This document shows positions 59,987-64,000 of a DNA stretch of 64,000 bases, in pieces. The notes beneath the pieces are model-generated. The model saw only the letters and a list, made by a program, of their open reading frames with translations. It made no database searches and was not told the origin of the DNA. Position 1 is the first letter of the stretch. Every line of letters begins with the position of its first letter. This DNA is from an uncultured Phycisphaerales bacterium (GTDB lineage Bacteria > Planctomycetota > Phycisphaerae > Tepidisphaerales > Tepidisphaeraceae): the NCBI GenBank assembly GCA_963755915.1, contig CAVWLP010000002.1, positions 256,001 to 320,000 of the forward strand. The letters run 5' to 3'. The position numbers were made by a program, and so were the translations under genes.

Positions 59987-62436
59987 CTATTTTCTGGCCC
60001 GCGCCATTTTGCCGGGCTTAGCCGCGACATTTTTCCGCGTTACCGCCCCCAGGGCGATTTTCAGGACCTGGTCGATGTTTTCGACGAAATGGAACTTCAG
60101 CGTGTCGCGAACCTCGGGGGGAAGATCGGGCAAATCGCGCTCGTTGCGCTTGGGAACGATAACTTCTTTGATCCCCGCTCGCTTGGCCGCCAGCGTCTTT
60201 TCCTTCAACCCGCCGATGGGCAGAACCAATCCGCGCAGGGTGATCTCGCCGGTCATCGCGACGTCGTGCCGGACGGGCTTATTGAGCATCAGCGACGCCA
60301 GCGCCGTGAACATCGCCACGCCGGCGCTGGGGCCGTCTTTGGGGACGGCGCCCTGCGGCACGTGGATGTGAATGTCACTCTCGGCGACGAGTTTCGGATC
60401 GATCCCCAGGCTCTGCGACCGCGAGCGGATCAGGCTGTAGGCGGCCGTCGCGGATTCTTTCATCACCTCGCCAATCTGGCCCGTGAGAGTGATCGTTCCG
60501 CGCCCGGCATGCGGGTGGCTTCGATAAACAGGATTTCCCCGCCCACAGGCGTGTAGGCCAAACCCGTGGCCACGCCCGCCACGCTCGTGCGGCTGGCAAG
60601 CTCCGGGTCGAATTTTCGCGGGCCGAGGATTTCGCTCACCCGCTCCTTGGTGATGGTGGCTTTCTGTGCTTTGCCTTCGACGATGTCGGCGGCCACGGAG
60701 CGGGCGATCGCGCCGATCTGCCGCTCGAGATTTCGCACCCCCGCCTCGCGGGTGTAGCCTTCGATGATCCACATCAGCGCCTGGTCCTGGAATTTCACAT
60801 CCTTGATCGGGACGCCGTTGGCTTCCAGTTGGCGCGGGACGAGGTATCGGCGGGCGATGTCGAGCTTGTCGCTGTTGGTGTAGCCGGGGATTTCGATCAC
60901 TTCCATGCGGTCGCGCAGGGGACCGGGCACCGGGTCCATCGTGTTGGCGGTGGCGATGAACAGAACGTGGGATAGATCGAACGGCACGTCGAGGTAGTGA
61001 TCGGTGAAGGTGTGATTTTGTGCGGGGTCGAGGACTTCCAGCAGGGCGGCCGCGGGATCGCCGCGGAAATCGGCGCCGACTTTGTCGATTTCATCGAGCA
61101 TCATGACGGGGTTTCGCGTACCGGCCTTGCGAAGCTCGGCGATGATCCGCCCGGGCATGGAGCCGATGTAGGTGCGGCGATGGCCGCGGATATCGGCTTC
61201 ATCGCGCACACCGCCGAGGGCGACGCGGATGAATTTCCGTCCCATCGCCTCGGCAATGCTTTTGCCGAGCGAAGTTTTGCCGACGCCCGGCGGGCCGACG
61301 AAGCAGAGGATCGCCCCGCCGCCATCGGGCTTCAGTTTTCGCACGGCCAGGTATTCGAGGATTCGGCGTTTCACCTTTTCCAGGTCGTGATGATCGCGGT
61401 CCAGGATCTTGCGCGCCTCTTTGAGGTCGATCTTGTCGGTCGTCATGACCGACCAGGGCAACTCGCTGACGATCTGGAGATAGGTCCGGATCACGCCGTA
61501 TTCGGGACTGGCGCTGGGGATGGTGTCGAGCCGGTTCAGCTCGCGGGTCGCTTCCTTCATCACCGCTTCGGGAAGCTGCGCCGCCTCCAGCCGCTGACGC
61601 AGCGTATCAAGCTCGCTGCCGCCACCGGCGGATTCGCTGTCGCCCAGTTCCTTGCGGATGGCCTTGAGCTGCTCCTGCAGATAGTACCGCCGCTGGCTCT
61701 TGTCGATGTTTTCCTTCACCTGCGACTGGATTTTGTTCTGAAGCTCCAGCACGTCGAGCTGGGTCGCCAGGCGGGAGGCGATGATTTGCAGACGCTTCTC
61801 GACGTCGGTTTCATCGAGCATCCGCTGTTTTTCGGCGATGTCGTCTTTTTCGATCGGCAGGTTGGCGGCCAGAAAATCCGCCAGCGCCGAGGGCGTCGTG
61901 ATGCTGTTGAGCACCTGCGCCGCTTCGTCCGGCGTGTTGGGGGAAAGCTCGATCACTCGATTCGCCTGCTGGCGAACCGATGCCACGAGAGCGTCGAGCT
62001 GTGTGCCCGGCGAGAGAACGTCTTCGAGCACCTCGATCCGCCCCATCGCGAAAGGCTCGGTCTGTTCGATCCCCAGCAGCCGGAAGCGGACCAGGCCATG
62101 CACGATGATTGATTGGTTGCCGTCCGGCAGCTTGAAGAGCTTCAGGATCATGCACGCCGTGCCGACCGTGAACAGATCGCCGTTGCCGGGATCCTCCACC
62201 TCGGCGTTTTTCTGGGTCACCACGCCGATCAATTTTTCGGCGGGCATCACCTCATCGAGGAGGTTCTTGCTCTTCTGGCGTCCCACGTTCAGCGGCATAA
62301 CCGTGCCGGGGAAAACCACGATGTTCCGGATCGGCAGGATGGGAATCAGGCTGGGGATGGAGAGCGACTGCCCATTGCCGGCCGTGCGGATTACCGTCGC
62401 CGTCGGACTCCGTTCAATGACTTGTGATTCGGACAT
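59987..62436 (-). CDS. lon: Lon protease (apparent frameshift near 60500)
   Basis: LON N-domain, [28 protein letters not shown]. Confidence 0.95.
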
Positions 62437-62439
62437 TTT

Positions 62440-62865
62440 TTAATGTTTCTTAGGCAGTTCGATCCAAAGCATGCCGTCGCGATACCGCGCGTTGATGCGC
62501 TCGTGATGCACGTCCTGCGGCAACTCAACGTCCCGCACAAAGGCCCCGTGATCGATTTCCATCAGGTGAACCCTCACCCGCTCGCCCGGCGCCGTCGTGC
62601 TGTCAGCCCTCATCGGCACAATTCGATTCCCCTGAAGCCGCAGCCGCCCGTCGGCGACTTCAATGTCGATCTTCTCCTTGTCCACGCCGGCGAGGTCCAC
62701 GCAAACCAGGTAGGCCGAATCGCTCTCGTAGAGATTCACGCTCGGCTGCCAGGTTTCGTTGGAAAAATAGCTGTAGTAACCCTTGTTCTGGACCTGCTCC
62801 AGAAGCTTGTTGGGGGTGTGCGAGGGATTCCTGCCGGGCTTCTCAGTGCATCGGATGGCTACCAT
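62440..62865 (-). CDS. Hsp20/alpha-crystallin
   Basis: WQPSVNLYE, DLAGV, EIDHG.F.R, YRDGML.I.LPK. Confidence 0.9.
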   Translation of the reverse strand: MVAIRCTEKPGRNPSHTPNKLLEQVQNKGYYSYFSNETWQPSVNLYESDSAYLVCVDLAGVDKEKIDIEVADGRLRLQGNRIVPMRADSTTAPGERVRVHLMEIDHGAFVRDVELPQDVHHERINARYRDGMLWIELPKKH

Positions 62866-62907
62866 AGTCGCACCTTCTGGTTGATTGTTTCGATTCTATG
62901 GTCGGTC

Positions 62908-63456
62908 TCACTCAATTTCACCAGCCCACATCGGACTTTTATTCGGCGACCGCGCGCCCGCGGTAATTTCCACACGGGTTTTAGCCGCTACCGATCCTCC
63001 GAGCAATCCGCTCGCCTCGAAAGAATAGATGCTGCTCCCCGCCTTGGCCTGGATACTGGCAAGCTTCACCGCGCCGTCGGCAGAACTGATCGCCCAGACT
63101 TCATATTCATCGCCCTGATCGAGCACCGGTAACTGGTCGCACATCAGATATCCGCGCTGCTCGCTGCTGTTCCACGCGATCACCGCCCCGGCAAACCCCG
63201 AATCGGCTGTTGAGGCAAGGTGAATCAGTTGGGTTTGCGGATTGGAGAGGAATTTTCCAAGATCCTCCATCCGCCCTTCCATCACCGAATCGACCGCCGC
63301 CAATACGTCCGCCCGGTCGCGCTGCGCTGTCGCGGTCACCCGTTCATATTCCACGGCGCTGGCCGCAAAACCGAGCCCCAGGCACGCGAAAAACAAAACC
63401 ATCGGCCAGGTTGTCCGCTCTTCCCCGCTCTCCTCATTGCGCTTCTCATCCGTCAT
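62908..63456 (-). CDS. Membrane-anchored RskA-like (anti-sigma C-terminal) domain protein
   Basis: TM helix, then LPVL...EYEVWAI. Confidence 0.55.
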   Translation of the reverse strand: MTDEKRNEESGEERTTWPMVLFFACLGLGFAASAVEYERVTATAQRDRADVLAAVDSVMEGRMEDLGKFLSNPQTQLIHLASTADSGFAGAVIAWNSSEQRGYLMCDQLPVLDQGDEYEVWAISSADGAVKLASIQAKAGSSIYSFEASGLLGGSVAAKTRVEITAGARSPNKSPMWAGEIE

Positions 63457-63623
63457 ATCGACACTCCTGCAACTACCCTCACGATTTTCCCTCCAACCCC
63501 GTCACAAGGGAAGCCCCAGGCACCGCACAATTTATTCATCCGCCCCAATTTCTGTCTATCGGGAGGATAGCACTCTTGTTAGACTTTATCTCTTGAACAA
63601 CCGCGGGAAAGAACAGTCGTATT

Positions 63624-64000
63624 ATGCTAATCCGCATCGGTTTTGACGTTATATTCGATATCCCCGCTCCCACTCCCATGATCCTGATGCTCTATACGCA
63701 TCCCTCCAGGCTGGGGAGCCTCTCTGCGCCCGAAGTGATCCAATCCTCCCCTTCGGTACCGATTTCCACCTTCATCGACTCCTTCGGCAACCGCTGTGGC
63801 CGGTTGCTCGCCCCCATCGGACAGCTTCGGCTTACCCACGAGGCCATCGTCCGCGATACCGGCCTTCCCGATGCCATTCAGCCCGACGCCAGACAGTGGG
63901 ACGTCCATGCCCTGCCGCCCGAGGCGATCCAGTTCCTCTTCGCCAGCCGATATTGCGAAACCGATCATCTCAGCCAGATTGCCTGGGACCTGTTTGGAAA
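63624..64000 (+). CDS. Transglutaminase-like family protein (partial, runs off window)
   Basis: MLIRIGFD...HPSR...DSFGNRC.R...FLFASRYCETD.LS.IAWDLFG. Confidence 0.85.
   Translation, partial: MLIRIGFDVIFDIPAPTPMILMLYTHPSRLGSLSAPEVIQSSPSVPISTFIDSFGNRCGRLLAPIGQLRLTHEAIVRDTGLPDAIQPDARQWDVHALPPEAIQFLFASRYCETDHLSQIAWDLFG

Overview
High-GC bacterial chromosome, most likely Planctomycetota (Phycisphaerae/Tepidisphaerales-like). The basis is a planctomycete extracellular signal LESRILLS, an ECF sigma factor with a long C-terminal extension, [16 protein letters not shown] zinc-ribbon proteins and a PV-type microcompartment. The main locus is a minus-strand Planctomycetes/Verrucomicrobia bacterial microcompartment operon (about 17.2-27.7 kb). 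It encodes PduL, 3 BMC-H, AckA, 3 BMC-P, an acylating aldehyde dehydrogenase, an RpiB-like protein, a class II aldolase, an LDH/MDH-family enzyme and DeoR. Other genes include rpmB, gatC, gatA, ctaA, cyoE, nuoAB, lon, Hsp20, an RND pump and glycosylation or glycan-degradation genes. There are four intact IS elements: two IS110/IS1111-type, one IS630 and one IS4. The strongest signal is in the two IS1111-type recombinase elements. Both have identical end geometry (AG core, sub-terminal inverted repeats). Each 3' non-coding end contains a readable bridge/seek-RNA-like internal loop whose guides match the element's own insertion site. Each insertion site is a different palindromic REP-like repeat, and one lies inside the microcompartment operon. 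About 13 single-base frameshifts in otherwise intact genes look like long-read consensus errors. All product calls come from motif recognition; no searches were run.
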